Shown piece by piece: positions 16,126 to 25,902 of a stretch of DNA of 64,000 nt. This DNA comes from Candidatus Margulisiibacteriota bacterium (GTDB lineage Bacteria; Margulisbacteria; WOR-1; O2-12-FULL-45-9): positions 3,811 through 67,810 of the forward strand of contig JBAZZP010000003.1 in assembly GCA_041658745.1 (NCBI GenBank), given 5' to 3'. Made by a program: the position numbers and the translations under genes. Under the pieces are notes generated by a model. The model searched no databases and was not told the DNA's origin. It saw nothing but the letters and a program-made list of their open reading frames with translations. The stretch's first letter is position 1; each line of letters opens with the position of its first letter.

Positions 16126-18300
16126 ATGTCGCATCGCCCGCTAAATTTAGCCATTTTATGGCACATGCACCAGCCTTTTTATAAGGACCTGGCCACCAAC
16201 GAATTTATCCTGCCCTGGGTACGCCTCCACTCCACCAAAGCATACCTTGATATGGTTGAAGTGTTAAAAAACTTTCCAGCTGTCAAAGCTACTTTTAACA
16301 TGGTTCCTTCCTTAATCATGCAAATCAATGATTATGCTGCCGGCCGCGGCAGCGACCGTTTCCTTGATCTTACCCTCAAAGACCCAAATGCTTTAAGCCT
16401 GGACGAAAAAGTGTTTATTTTACAAAACTTTTTCATGGCCAACTGGGAAAACATGGTTAAGCCTTATCCGCGTTATCACGACCTATTGATGAAGCGCGGC
16501 CGCTTCGTCTCCCAATCCGAAATTGGCCAAGTGGCGAAAAGATTTTCTGCCAAAGAATTGCTAGATTTGCAGGTCTGGTTTAATCTCACCTGGTTTGGCT
16601 TTACTTATAAATTTGGTGATCCGGCCATAGCCGAATTGTTTAAAAAGGGTAAAAACTTTTCACCAGAAGACAAGCTCTTGGTTGTCGAAAAACAAATGGA
16701 GGCCTTAAAGAAAATTATCCCAGTTTACCGGGAAGCTAGTAATCGCGGGCAGATTGAGCTTACCACTTCCCCCTTTTTCCATCCCATTCTACCCCTCCTT
16801 TGCGATACCAACGTAGCACTAGAAGCAATGCCCCACGCAGCATTGCCCTCCTCTCCCTTTCGTCATCCAGAAGACGCGGAGGAACAAATTCGCCAGGCAA
16901 TCAAATACCATACCGAAAACTTTGGGGCAGCTCCCAAAGGCATGTGGCCATCCGAAGGATCGGTTTCGGAGCAAATCCTGCCATTAATTGCCCGGGCGGG
17001 AATTAAATGGATCGCCACCGATGAGGCAATTCTCAGCCGCTCACTCAATAAGATTAATCAACACTGCCAAACCCTTTCGGCCGCTGACCTATACCAACCT
17101 TATCTTGCTGAAAAAGATGGACAATCTGTCGCCATGATTTTCCGCAATCATTTCATGTCGGATCAAGTGGGTTTTGTTTATTATCGCTGGCAGGTAGGAG
17201 ATGCTATCGATGATTTTATGGGACATTTAAATAATATCCGTCAATGCTTACCTGATGACAAAGAATATCTGGTTAGTGTTATTTTGGATGGGGAAAATGC
17301 CTGGGAATATTATCAAGATTCCGGCAAACAATTTCTCGAGGCTCTCTACAGTCGACTGCAACAAGACCCAATGATACGCACAGTAAAACCGAGCGAATTT
17401 ATTGAACAACATCCTCCACAAAATAAACTTACCCGCCTTTTTGCTGGTTCTTGGATTAATAATAATTTTCGCATCTGGATCGGCCACCAAGAAGACAATA
17501 CCGCCTGGGACTACGTCAATCAGGCTCGCTTAGCATTGGAGGGCATGGATAAAAATGAGTATGCTACCGCCTGGCAAGAATTATATATCACTGAAGGATC
17601 AGATTGGTGTTGGTGGTATGGCGATGATCATTCATCCGATAACGATGCGGCCTTCGACGCCCTTTTTAGAAAACATTTAAAAAATGTTTATCTGCTTTCC
17701 GGCAAAAATCCCCCCGCCTATCTAGAATCCCCCATCAAAAAAGCCAGTTTATTGCGGCCACTCAAAGAACCAGTTTACTTGCTTGATCCAATTATTGACG
17801 GAAAAGTAACCAACTATTATGAGTGGTTACCAGCAGGCAATTTTAGCATTGAGAAAGCCCGCGGTTCTATGCACCAAATTCAAACCGCCATAAAAGAAAT
17901 CTTTTACGGCTTCAGCCCCACCCAATTATTTGTCCGGTTGGATTTAAGCTTCCTCCCTTCTATCCCAGAAGCAAAAAGCATTTCATACGCTATTTTAATT
18001 TTAAATCCCCTTCCCTGCCGCGCTTTGCTCCATTTCAATGCTGAAACCAACCAGTTTGTTTTTGAGTTTGAAAAATTAGGCTGCCAAGACAGCAAAACAG
18101 CTATAACTTCATTTGGAATTGATAAAATCGTAGAAGTAGGTATCCCCTTTGCGCTCGTCGAAGCCAAACCCAGAGATAGGATTGAATTTGTTATTACCAT
18201 TGCCAAAGATGGCCAAGAATTAGAACGCTGGCCACGGGGAGATGTAATAACTATTTTTGTGCCCGATGAAAGTTATACTATGGAACAATGGAGCGTGTAA
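16126..18300 (+). CDS. Glycoside hydrolase family 57 protein (amylopullulanase/alpha-amylase-like)
   Basis: GH57 conserved regions 'LWHMHQPFY', 'GMWPSEGSVS' (nucleophile Glu) and 'ILDGENAWEYY' (acid/base Asp). The ORF-track start at 15946 overlaps gmk and was rejected. A promoter sits just upstream of the ATG at 16126. Confidence 0.85.
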   Translation: MSHRPLNLAILWHMHQPFYKDLATNEFILPWVRLHSTKAYLDMVEVLKNFPAVKATFNMVPSLIMQINDYAAGRGSDRFLDLTLKDPNALSLDEKVFILQNFFMANWENMVKPYPRYHDLLMKRGRFVSQSEIGQVAKRFSAKELLDLQVWFNLTWFGFTYKFGDPAIAELFKKGKNFSPEDKLLVVEKQMEALKKIIPVYREASNRGQIELTTSPFFHPILPLLCDTNVALEAMPHAALPSSPFRHPEDAEEQIRQAIKYHTENFGAAPKGMWPSEGSVSEQILPLIARAGIKWIATDEAILSRSLNKINQHCQTLSAADLYQPYLAEKDGQSVAMIFRNHFMSDQVGFVYYRWQVGDAIDDFMGHLNNIRQCLPDDKEYLVSVILDGENAWEYYQDSGKQFLEALYSRLQQDPMIRTVKPSEFIEQHPPQNKLTRLFAGSWINNNFRIWIGHQEDNTAWDYVNQARLALEGMDKNEYATAWQELYITEGSDWCWWYGDDHSSDNDAAFDALFRKHLKNVYLLSGKNPPAYLESPIKKASLLRPLKEPVYLLDPIIDGKVTNYYEWLPAGNFSIEKARGSMHQIQTAIKEIFYGFSPTQLFVRLDLSFLPSIPEAKSISYAILILNPLPCRALLHFNAETNQFVFEFEKLGCQDSKTAITSFGIDKIVEVGIPFALVEAKPRDRIEFVITIAKDGQELERWPRGDVITIFVPDESYTMEQWSV

Positions 18301-18301
18301 T

Positions 18302-20443
18302 ATGAAAAAAGTAAAGTTTTTATTTGGGGTACACTGTCACCAACCGATTGGTAATTTTGAACACGTTATCGCCGAAGCTTTTGAAAATTCTTACTTGCCA
18401 TTTATCCAAAGCATGGAACGCCATCCCAAGATCAAGTTTGCCGTACACTACAGCGGGATATTATATGATTGGTTTCTAGAAAAGCACCCAGAATTCATTG
18501 AATTGTTAAATAAGTTGGTGCGCCGTGGACAAATGGAGATCCTCTCCGCCGGCTATTATGAACCGATCCTGCCTCTTCTGCCAGATGAAGACAAAGTTGG
18601 CCAAATATTGCGCTCCAACCATTTTATTACTAAACATTTTGATACTGCCCCTCGCGGCATCTGGCTAACCGAGCGAATTTGGGAACCATCTCTTCCCAAA
18701 ACCCTTAGTACGATTGGCATCGAGTTTGTTACCGTCGATGATTACCATTTTATTTCTGCCGGTCTATCCCCCGACAAACTGCTCGGCTATTACATTACCG
18801 AAGATCAAGGCCATACTTTAAAAGTTTTTCCGATTAATAAAGAATTGCGCTACAAGATTCCATTTAGCCTACCAGAAGAAACCATCAAATATTTACACGG
18901 GATTGCCAGCAAAGGAACCCCAACCGCAGCGATTCTATTTGATGACGGCGAAAAGTTTGGCGTCTGGCCCGGAACACACAAATGGGTATTTGAAGATGGC
19001 TATTTAGAAAATCTTTTAACCCTGCTAGAGCAAAATTCTGATTGGATCGAGACCTCTAGTTTTTCAGATTATATCGACGACAATCCCCCACTGGGCCAGG
19101 TTTATCTCCCCACCGCCTCCTATTACGAAATGATGGAATGGTCGCTGCTGACTGAAGCTGGCAAAAAAATGGATAAAATTGTTGAAGAATTAAAAGCCAA
19201 CGGAAAATTTGATGAATATAGCCAGTTTTTTAAGGGTGGTTTCTTCCGCAATTTCCAAGTTAAATATCCCGAGTCAAATAATATGCACAAAAAAATGCTA
19301 TACGTTAGCAACAAACTGCAAACAGCTAAGAACGGCAAAAACTTCCTGAGCGAAAAACGTGCCGAAGAACAGCTCAAAAAAGCCACCACCGAGCTTTACA
19401 TGGGGCAATGCAATTGCGCCTATTGGCATGGGGTTTTTGGCGGATTATATTTAAACTATTTGCGACATGCCATCTACCAGCATTTGATCCAAGCCGAAAT
19501 TGAAATTGATAACTTTATCCGTGGGAAAAAAGAATACGTAGATTTAGCGGTATTGGATTTTGACAAAGACGGCCATGATGAATTTTTACTCTCTAATACC
19601 CTGCTCAATGTTTATTTATCGCCGGCTCGCGGAGGATCGATCTTTGAATTAGATTATAAGCCAAAGGCTTTTAACTTGCTTAACACCCTCGCCCGCCGCG
19701 AAGAAGTCTACCACCAAAAAATTAAAGCCGGGGAACAAGCACAAACTGGGGGACCAGCCAGTATACATTCGATTTCTAATACCAAACAAACGGGATTAGA
19801 TAAATTGTTGCATTATGATTGGCATCCCAGATTAGCCTTGCTGGATCATTTTTTAGGTTCAGAAACTACCTTAGAAAGTTTTAGCTCTTCCAGCTATCCC
19901 GAGATTGGCAATTTTACAGTTGAACCTTATTTTTGCCTGCCCAAAAAATCGGCCTCCGAAGTTTGCGCTAGGTGCTCACGCGACGGACTAGTTGCCGAAG
20001 CCCCGGTCCGGGTGGAGAAATCCGTTAGCTTGCTCGCCAAACAATCGATTATCAACATTGACTACCAGATAACAAATCTAGGAAAAACTCAAAAAGATTT
20101 TTGGTTTGGAGTTGAATTTAACCTGGCCATGTTAGCCGGAAATGCTCCCGACCGTTACTATGTTTTTCCTGATAAAAGCTTGTCCGATAAAAGCTTAGAA
20201 AGTACAGGAGAAATCACAAATGTTACTTGCGCTAAAGTGGTTGACGAGTGGTCGGGATTTGAGGTAGTATTTGATCTAGATAAACCGGCTCTTTTTTGGC
20301 GTTTTCCAATTGAGACCGTTTCACAATCCGAAAGCGGAATGGAGAAAACATATCAAAGCTCCGTTCTCTTTCCAAACTGGAAATTTAATCTAGCGCCACA
20401 AGAAAGCTGGATCGTAAAAATCTCGTTTCGGATCGAAGAATAG
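18302..20443 (+). CDS. GH57 4-alpha-glucanotransferase/alpha-amylase type enzyme (Thermococcus-like, with C-terminal beta domains)
   Basis: 'GVHCHQPIGNF', 'GIWLTERIWEP' and 'FDDGEKFGVWPG' GH57 motifs. The ATG at 18302 lies 1 nt after the upstream stop. Confidence 0.85.
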   Translation: MKKVKFLFGVHCHQPIGNFEHVIAEAFENSYLPFIQSMERHPKIKFAVHYSGILYDWFLEKHPEFIELLNKLVRRGQMEILSAGYYEPILPLLPDEDKVGQILRSNHFITKHFDTAPRGIWLTERIWEPSLPKTLSTIGIEFVTVDDYHFISAGLSPDKLLGYYITEDQGHTLKVFPINKELRYKIPFSLPEETIKYLHGIASKGTPTAAILFDDGEKFGVWPGTHKWVFEDGYLENLLTLLEQNSDWIETSSFSDYIDDNPPLGQVYLPTASYYEMMEWSLLTEAGKKMDKIVEELKANGKFDEYSQFFKGGFFRNFQVKYPESNNMHKKMLYVSNKLQTAKNGKNFLSEKRAEEQLKKATTELYMGQCNCAYWHGVFGGLYLNYLRHAIYQHLIQAEIEIDNFIRGKKEYVDLAVLDFDKDGHDEFLLSNTLLNVYLSPARGGSIFELDYKPKAFNLLNTLARREEVYHQKIKAGEQAQTGGPASIHSISNTKQTGLDKLLHYDWHPRLALLDHFLGSETTLESFSSSSYPEIGNFTVEPYFCLPKKSASEVCARCSRDGLVAEAPVRVEKSVSLLAKQSIINIDYQITNLGKTQKDFWFGVEFNLAMLAGNAPDRYYVFPDKSLSDKSLESTGEITNVTCAKVVDEWSGFEVVFDLDKPALFWRFPIETVSQSESGMEKTYQSSVLFPNWKFNLAPQESWIVKISFRIEE

Positions 20444-20451
20444 GAGGAAAT

Positions 20452-21489
20452 ATGCCAGAACTTAGAAAAGACCCGGTTTCTGATAGATGGGTTGTAATCT
20501 CGAGTGAACGCGGCCGGAGGCCATCTGATTTTGGCGCAGTTTCTGTTGCCGAAGAATCCGCCGGAGTAAAATTTTGTCCCTTCGATGAAGGCAACGAGGC
20601 CAAAACCCCACCCGAAATTACCGCCTGGCGAAAACCCGGCACTCTGCCCAATTCCGCCGGCTGGGATGTTCGCGTAATTCCTAATAAATTTCCAGCTTTA
20701 ATCATTGAAGGAGAAGTAAATCGCACCGGCATTGGTTTTTTTGATATGATGAGCGGAATTGGAGCCCACGAAGTAATTGTCGAAACTCCCAACCACAACT
20801 TATGCATTCCGGACATGGAAGATTCTCAAGTCGAAAAGATCTTATGGGCTTATAAACAAAGACTACTCGACCTAGAAAAAGATACCCGCTTTCGCTATAT
20901 CTTGGTTTTCAAAAATTATGGGACAGCCGCAGGCGCTTCTCTCACCCATCCCCATTCCCAACTAATTGCTACTCCCATCACACCACGCTACGTTAAGCTT
21001 GAATTATCCAATTCACGCGCTTATTTTCGCGAAAAAGAACGCTGCATCTTTTGTGATATCATCCGGCAAGAATTGGGAGCCGGCGTTCGCTTAGTCTATG
21101 AAAATGAATATTTTGTGGTTATAGCTCCCTTTGCTTCACGCTTCCCGTTTGAAGTTTGGCTGCTTCCCCGCCACCACGAGCATGGTTTCCAAATTATGCC
21201 CGATGAAGAAAGATTATTACTCGCCCGCTGCTTAAAGGACATTTTAAAAAGACTTAAGAAAACATTAAATGATCCTCCCTACAATTTTGTGCTGCACACC
21301 GCTCCTAACCCCGTTCCTCGCCCAGGTAAACCCGACTATTGGGGAACCGTACAATACGACTTCCACTGGCATATCGAAATTATTCCACGTCTAACCAAAA
21401 TGGCCGGATTCGAATGGGGATCTGGTCTTTATATTAATCCGACCTCGCCGGAAGAGGCGGCCAAATATTTAAGGGAAGTGGAGATTTAA
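20452..21489 (+). CDS. Galactose-1-phosphate uridylyltransferase-like (GalT/HIT superfamily; possibly NDP-glucose phosphorylase)
   Basis: 'CPFDEGNE' zinc-site remnant, 'NKFPAL' and the 'SLTHPHSQLIATP' HxHxQ active site. AGGAGG SD. Confidence 0.85.
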   Translation: MPELRKDPVSDRWVVISSERGRRPSDFGAVSVAEESAGVKFCPFDEGNEAKTPPEITAWRKPGTLPNSAGWDVRVIPNKFPALIIEGEVNRTGIGFFDMMSGIGAHEVIVETPNHNLCIPDMEDSQVEKILWAYKQRLLDLEKDTRFRYILVFKNYGTAAGASLTHPHSQLIATPITPRYVKLELSNSRAYFREKERCIFCDIIRQELGAGVRLVYENEYFVVIAPFASRFPFEVWLLPRHHEHGFQIMPDEERLLLARCLKDILKRLKKTLNDPPYNFVLHTAPNPVPRPGKPDYWGTVQYDFHWHIEIIPRLTKMAGFEWGSGLYINPTSPEEAAKYLREVEI

Positions 21490-22511
21490 TGATCAGGACC
21501 AAAGCACCGGCCAAGAAAAAAAGTGCTGCTGCAAAACCAAAGGCAGCTAAGGAAGTTAAAGACGTTAAAAAAGTAGTCCAAAAAGCTACTAAGAGTGCTG
21601 TCCCGCGCAAAACTCCCGTCCGTCGTACTCCACGCAAAAAATCTGTTCCCCAACTCCTAACTCCTAACTCCGAACTCCAAACTAGTATTCCCCTCCAAGA
21701 AAAAGCCGAAGAATCCAAATACTATGCAGGTCCTATCGTCCAAAAGTTTGAAGAAAAAACCGAATTTCAGTTCCCCGAAAAATACGGCGACAATAAAATT
21801 GTTTTAATGGTGCGTGATCCCAACTGGCTATTTACTTACTGGGAAATTAACGATAAAAGAATCACCGAAATAAAGCGCGAACTAAGTGAGAGCCTTTTTA
21901 ATCAATGCAAGATGGCACTGCGCGTCTACAATGTTGATAATTGGGATTCTTTTGATATTGAGGTAAATAGCAACTCCCAAAATTGGTACGTCCGTGTTTC
22001 TCCAGCTGCTTCTTATTGTGTCGACATTGGCTACAAAACTCCGGACGGACGCTTCATTGCTGCTGCCCGTTCAAATATTGTACGAACTCCGCTTGATCAC
22101 ATGTCGGAAGTGGTTGACGAACAATGGATGATCCCGGATTGGGAAAAACTATATTTACTCTCGGGTGGTTTTAGTGTTGGCACAAGCTCGGGCGAAGCAA
22201 AAGAACTGATGAAGATGCGACTCGAACAAGAATCCGCTTCTGGCTGGGTTTCATCGGGCTCAAATTTCAAAGAAGTTGGCCCGCGACCCTTTTGGCTCTG
22301 GGTTAAAACCGATGTTATTGTTTATGGAGCAACCGAACCTTCTGCCACAGTAACCATTCAAGGCAGAAAAGTAAATTTGCGCCCCGACGGCACATTTTCG
22401 ATCCGCTACGAATTGCCGGAAGGAAAGTTTTTCTATCCGGTTGAAGCTGTAAGGGATGATGGCAAAGAACGCCGCAAAATTACTCCTACCGTAGATCGAA
22501 AAACCGAGTAA
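21489..22511 (+). CDS. DUF4912-like protein with Lys/Pro-rich basic N-terminus
   Basis: 'LMVRDPNWLFTYWEI' motif, which I recall as typical of DUF4912 proteins next to GH57 branching enzymes. TAATG overlap with the upstream stop. Confidence 0.65.
   Translation: MIRTKAPAKKKSAAAKPKAAKEVKDVKKVVQKATKSAVPRKTPVRRTPRKKSVPQLLTPNSELQTSIPLQEKAEESKYYAGPIVQKFEEKTEFQFPEKYGDNKIVLMVRDPNWLFTYWEINDKRITEIKRELSESLFNQCKMALRVYNVDNWDSFDIEVNSNSQNWYVRVSPAASYCVDIGYKTPDGRFIAAARSNIVRTPLDHMSEVVDEQWMIPDWEKLYLLSGGFSVGTSSGEAKELMKMRLEQESASGWVSSGSNFKEVGPRPFWLWVKTDVIVYGATEPSATVTIQGRKVNLRPDGTFSIRYELPEGKFFYPVEAVRDDGKERRKITPTVDRKTE
21652..21686 (+). repeat. Heptamer array (AACTCCN) x5 inside the DUF4912 gene
   Basis: aactcct|aactcct|aactccg|aactcca|aactagt. 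Encodes 'QLLTPNSELQTS' in the basic N-terminal tail. Confidence 0.9.
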
Positions 22512-22516
22512 GCCTG

Positions 22517-24112
22517 ATGGAAAAAGGATATCTCTCAATCGTCCTGCACGCCCATCTTCCTTTTGTCCGCCATCCAGAATACGAAGATTTTCTGGAAGAA
22601 GATTGGTACTACGAAGCCATTACCGAAACCTACATCCCGCTCTTAATTGCTTTTGATCGGCTGGTGCGGGATGGCGTAGATTTTCGCGTAACTGTTTCCA
22701 TTTCCCCCACTCTTTTATCCATGTTTCTTGATCCTCTGCTCCAAAGTCGCTATTTAAAACATTTAGACAATTTAATTGAACTAACCTACAAAGAAATTGA
22801 CCGTACCCATTATTATCCCGAGCTTAATAAGTTGGCTCGCATGTATAATCAAAGATTTTTGGATGCTCGGGGATTGTTTGAATCAAAATATCATCGCAAT
22901 CTGGCCCAAGCTTTTAAGTATTTTGCGGATATGGGAAAGATAGAATTGATTACCTGCGCCGGGACACATTGTTTTCTGCCATTACAAGAGATGTATCGCC
23001 CCATTGTTCGCGCCCAAGTTAACACGGCGGTGGCTTTACACGAAAAAACTTTTGGCCGCAAACCTAAAGGCATGTGGCTTCCTGAATGCGGTTATCATCC
23101 CGGCGATGATGAGATGCTAAGAGATGCTGGAGTACGTTACTTTTTCGTCGACACTCACGGGATTTTACACGGAACGCCACGGCCCAAATATGGCATCTTT
23201 GCTCCCGTCTACTGTAAATCAGGTGTTGCCGCTTTTGGGCGCGACCTCGAATCTTCTAAAGCCGTTTGGAGTGCCAAAGAAGGCTATCCGGGAGATTATA
23301 ATTATCGTGAGTTTTATCGCGATATCGGCTTTGATTTGGATTACGATTATATCCGTCCCCACATCCACGAAGATGGAACCCGCATCCAAACTGGCATAAA
23401 GTATCATCGCATCACCGGACCAAACATTGATCTGTCCAATAAAGAATTGTACGTGCCAGAAAGAGCTACCGAAACGGCCGCCGATCATGCCGGCAATTTT
23501 ATGTTCAACCGCCAGAAACAAGTGGAACATTTATATAATTTTCTGGGCAAAAAACCGATCATCATTGCCCCTTATGACGCCGAATTATACGGCCACTGGT
23601 GGTACGAGGGTCCGGAGTGGCTCGAATTTCTTTGTCGTAAAATTCACCATGACCAGGGCGATATCAAGATGATTACGCCGGGTGAATATTTGGAAATGTA
23701 TCCTAAAAACCAAGTGGTAACCCCTTCTTACTCTTCTTGGGGCTGGAAAGGTTATGCCGAGTATTGGCTCGAAGGTTCTAATGATTGGATTTATAAACAT
23801 CTGCACAAAGCTGGGGAAAGGATGATTGAACTGGCCAACAATTATCAAAATGCTGATGGATTATTAAAGAGAGCACTCAACCAAGCCGCCCGCGAATTGA
23901 TGCTGGCTCAAGCCTCTGACTGGGCCTTTATTTTAAAAACTGGAACGTGTGTCCCTTATGCTAACAAACGTTTCAAAGACCACACAGAAAGATTTACTAA
24001 ACTATATGAGTCCATTAAGGCCAATGCGATTGATGAGCCGTATTTAGCAGAAATAGAATCTAAAGACAATTTATTTGCAGAGATCAATTATCTGGATTAT
24101 CAGACGAAATAA
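22517..24112 (+). CDS. GH57 1,4-alpha-glucan branching enzyme (DUF1957 type)
   Basis: 'LSIVLHAHLPFVRHPE', 'GMWLPECGYHPG' (nucleophile) and 'APYDAELYGHWWYEG' motifs, as in Thermus/Thermococcus GH57 branching enzymes. Confidence 0.9.
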   Translation: MEKGYLSIVLHAHLPFVRHPEYEDFLEEDWYYEAITETYIPLLIAFDRLVRDGVDFRVTVSISPTLLSMFLDPLLQSRYLKHLDNLIELTYKEIDRTHYYPELNKLARMYNQRFLDARGLFESKYHRNLAQAFKYFADMGKIELITCAGTHCFLPLQEMYRPIVRAQVNTAVALHEKTFGRKPKGMWLPECGYHPGDDEMLRDAGVRYFFVDTHGILHGTPRPKYGIFAPVYCKSGVAAFGRDLESSKAVWSAKEGYPGDYNYREFYRDIGFDLDYDYIRPHIHEDGTRIQTGIKYHRITGPNIDLSNKELYVPERATETAADHAGNFMFNRQKQVEHLYNFLGKKPIIIAPYDAELYGHWWYEGPEWLEFLCRKIHHDQGDIKMITPGEYLEMYPKNQVVTPSYSSWGWKGYAEYWLEGSNDWIYKHLHKAGERMIELANNYQNADGLLKRALNQAARELMLAQASDWAFILKTGTCVPYANKRFKDHTERFTKLYESIKANAIDEPYLAEIESKDNLFAEINYLDYQTK

Positions 24113-24126
24113 CAATTAATTATTTT

Positions 24127-25794
24127 TTAATGCGCACATTGTTTCGCTTCCTGGTCTTGTTTGATTGCAATAGAAACAATTTCCGCATCATTTTGCAACG
24201 CGTCCGAAGCCCAACACAAAGCAATTCCGTGCTTTCCTACCGCCCATCTAACAAAGTTTCTATCCGCACGCAAAGCATCACTGGCATTACTCAATGCTTC
24301 GCCGCTCTGCAATATTGCAACTCTAACAATCTCCTTGTCTTCCCTAAAAGCATCATTAGCAAAAAATAAAGCAGCTCTTCCGTTAATTTTTGCAGCTTCC
24401 AAAATAATCTCCCTGTCCCATCCCATTGCTGGAACAAATCTCAGCGCCTCCACATCTTGCCTAACCGCAGCTAAAACAACCTGCCGATCTTGCCGCAAAT
24501 TCGGATCGGCATATTGTAGAGCCATTCCATTTTGTCGAACGGCAGCCAAAACAAGCTCCCTATTCGCTTTTAATTCGTCGCTTGCATAGGCTAACTTATA
24601 TCCATCTTTTCTTACATCATTAAATATCCTTCTTTTTTCTTCAATCGAGCGTTTCTCAATCGCACGAGAGACCACAGACACTTCCCTCTGCAATAGCATC
24701 ACATCTTTCTTGTCCAGATTTGCCTCCACAGCTGCGTCAGCTACGGCTGTAATGGCCCGGAACCTTAAATCTAAGTTTTCGATCGTTTTAGCAATCATTA
24801 GCGAATCATATAAAAACCTTTTTGCTTCGCTTTTGTCTAAGCTTGCTTCCGGGATTTCATCAACAATCTTCTCAATCGCAGATGCTTTTAATCCTGGATC
24901 AACCGTTGAGGCAAGCGATACTGCATCAGCAAATGATTTATTTTCAACCAACACTTCAATTATGAGCAATAATGCTTCTTTTTGTAATTGCGGATTAGGG
25001 AATTCAATAGGATCAACAATAATATTGTTGACAAACTCAATCGCTTCGCTCAGCTTGTTTGCATTTACCATTATTTTTATAATTTCAAATGCTATTTCTG
25101 GCTGTCTTTGAAAAAATAGTTCGATTTTCTTGGCCTCAGCTAAAGCGCTGTCCTGCGAGCAATGCTCCTCCATAGCAATTAACGCCTGGATTATACATTT
25201 TCTTTTTACTGGTACGTTAATAATATTTCTTGTAGCGCCCAGAGCTTGCACAAATAATCCTGCATCAATCATTGCCGTTATGATCTTACTCACAATTTTA
25301 GAATATGCGTCTCTATCAAAAATGCCTTTGTATCCATTGATCTCGTCAGCTACAGTCATTGCCTCAGAAAAGACTTTGGACAACATCTTAGCTTTTACAC
25401 CTTCTTTGGCCATTTCACAGGCAATTTTATTGATTGTATTTGATTTAGCTATAGGGTCTTTGATTTTGCGGGCAACTTCCAGCTGTAAATTCAAAATCTC
25501 TACTCGTTCTGCTTGAACTAATGAATACTTGCTCTTGAGAGCCGAATCTACATTTCCCAATTGTTGCAGATAATACTTGGCTTCGGCTCTAACTATTTTC
25601 CCGTCACTATTAATATCGGCCTCTTTTATGTACCCTTCATCGCGTTGAAGCCATTTTTCTTTGACATCTATCTCTCCGTCTCCATTCTTATCCTCAAACC
25701 CTAAAGCATCATACAATTCTTTTGTGCTTTGTGGGACTGTCGAAGTACGCGAACAAGATAATGGCAAAAAGGCAAGAGCAGCAATTAATAACAT
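24127..25794 (-). CDS. Lipoprotein with EF-hand-like loops, helical repeats and C-terminal DUF4116 repeats
   Basis: Lipobox 'LPLSCS'. 'DKNGDGEIDVKE' and 'DINSDGKIVRAE' Ca-binding-like loops. Five or more tandem copies of 'R.DREIVLAAV.QNG.AL.YA...LR.D'. Confidence 0.65.
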   Translation of the reverse strand: MLLIAALAFLPLSCSRTSTVPQSTKELYDALGFEDKNGDGEIDVKEKWLQRDEGYIKEADINSDGKIVRAEAKYYLQQLGNVDSALKSKYSLVQAERVEILNLQLEVARKIKDPIAKSNTINKIACEMAKEGVKAKMLSKVFSEAMTVADEINGYKGIFDRDAYSKIVSKIITAMIDAGLFVQALGATRNIINVPVKRKCIIQALIAMEEHCSQDSALAEAKKIELFFQRQPEIAFEIIKIMVNANKLSEAIEFVNNIIVDPIEFPNPQLQKEALLLIIEVLVENKSFADAVSLASTVDPGLKASAIEKIVDEIPEASLDKSEAKRFLYDSLMIAKTIENLDLRFRAITAVADAAVEANLDKKDVMLLQREVSVVSRAIEKRSIEEKRRIFNDVRKDGYKLAYASDELKANRELVLAAVRQNGMALQYADPNLRQDRQVVLAAVRQDVEALRFVPAMGWDREIILEAAKINGRAALFFANDAFREDKEIVRVAILQSGEALSNASDALRADRNFVRWAVGKHGIALCWASDALQNDAEIVSIAIKQDQEAKQCAH

Positions 25795-25902
25795 TTGTTC
25801 CTCCTAAAAGACGCTTCGTTTATACTTTTCGACAATGTTCTTTCGAATGGATTAGGAATAAATTTCAACAAATCTTGAGGGGAAGGAAGCGGGCCCCTAA
25901 TA

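Noticed and set aside
20385-20816. 143-aa minus-strand ORF across the GH57/galT-like junction
   Set aside because: It is antisense to two motif-bearing genes and has no SD.
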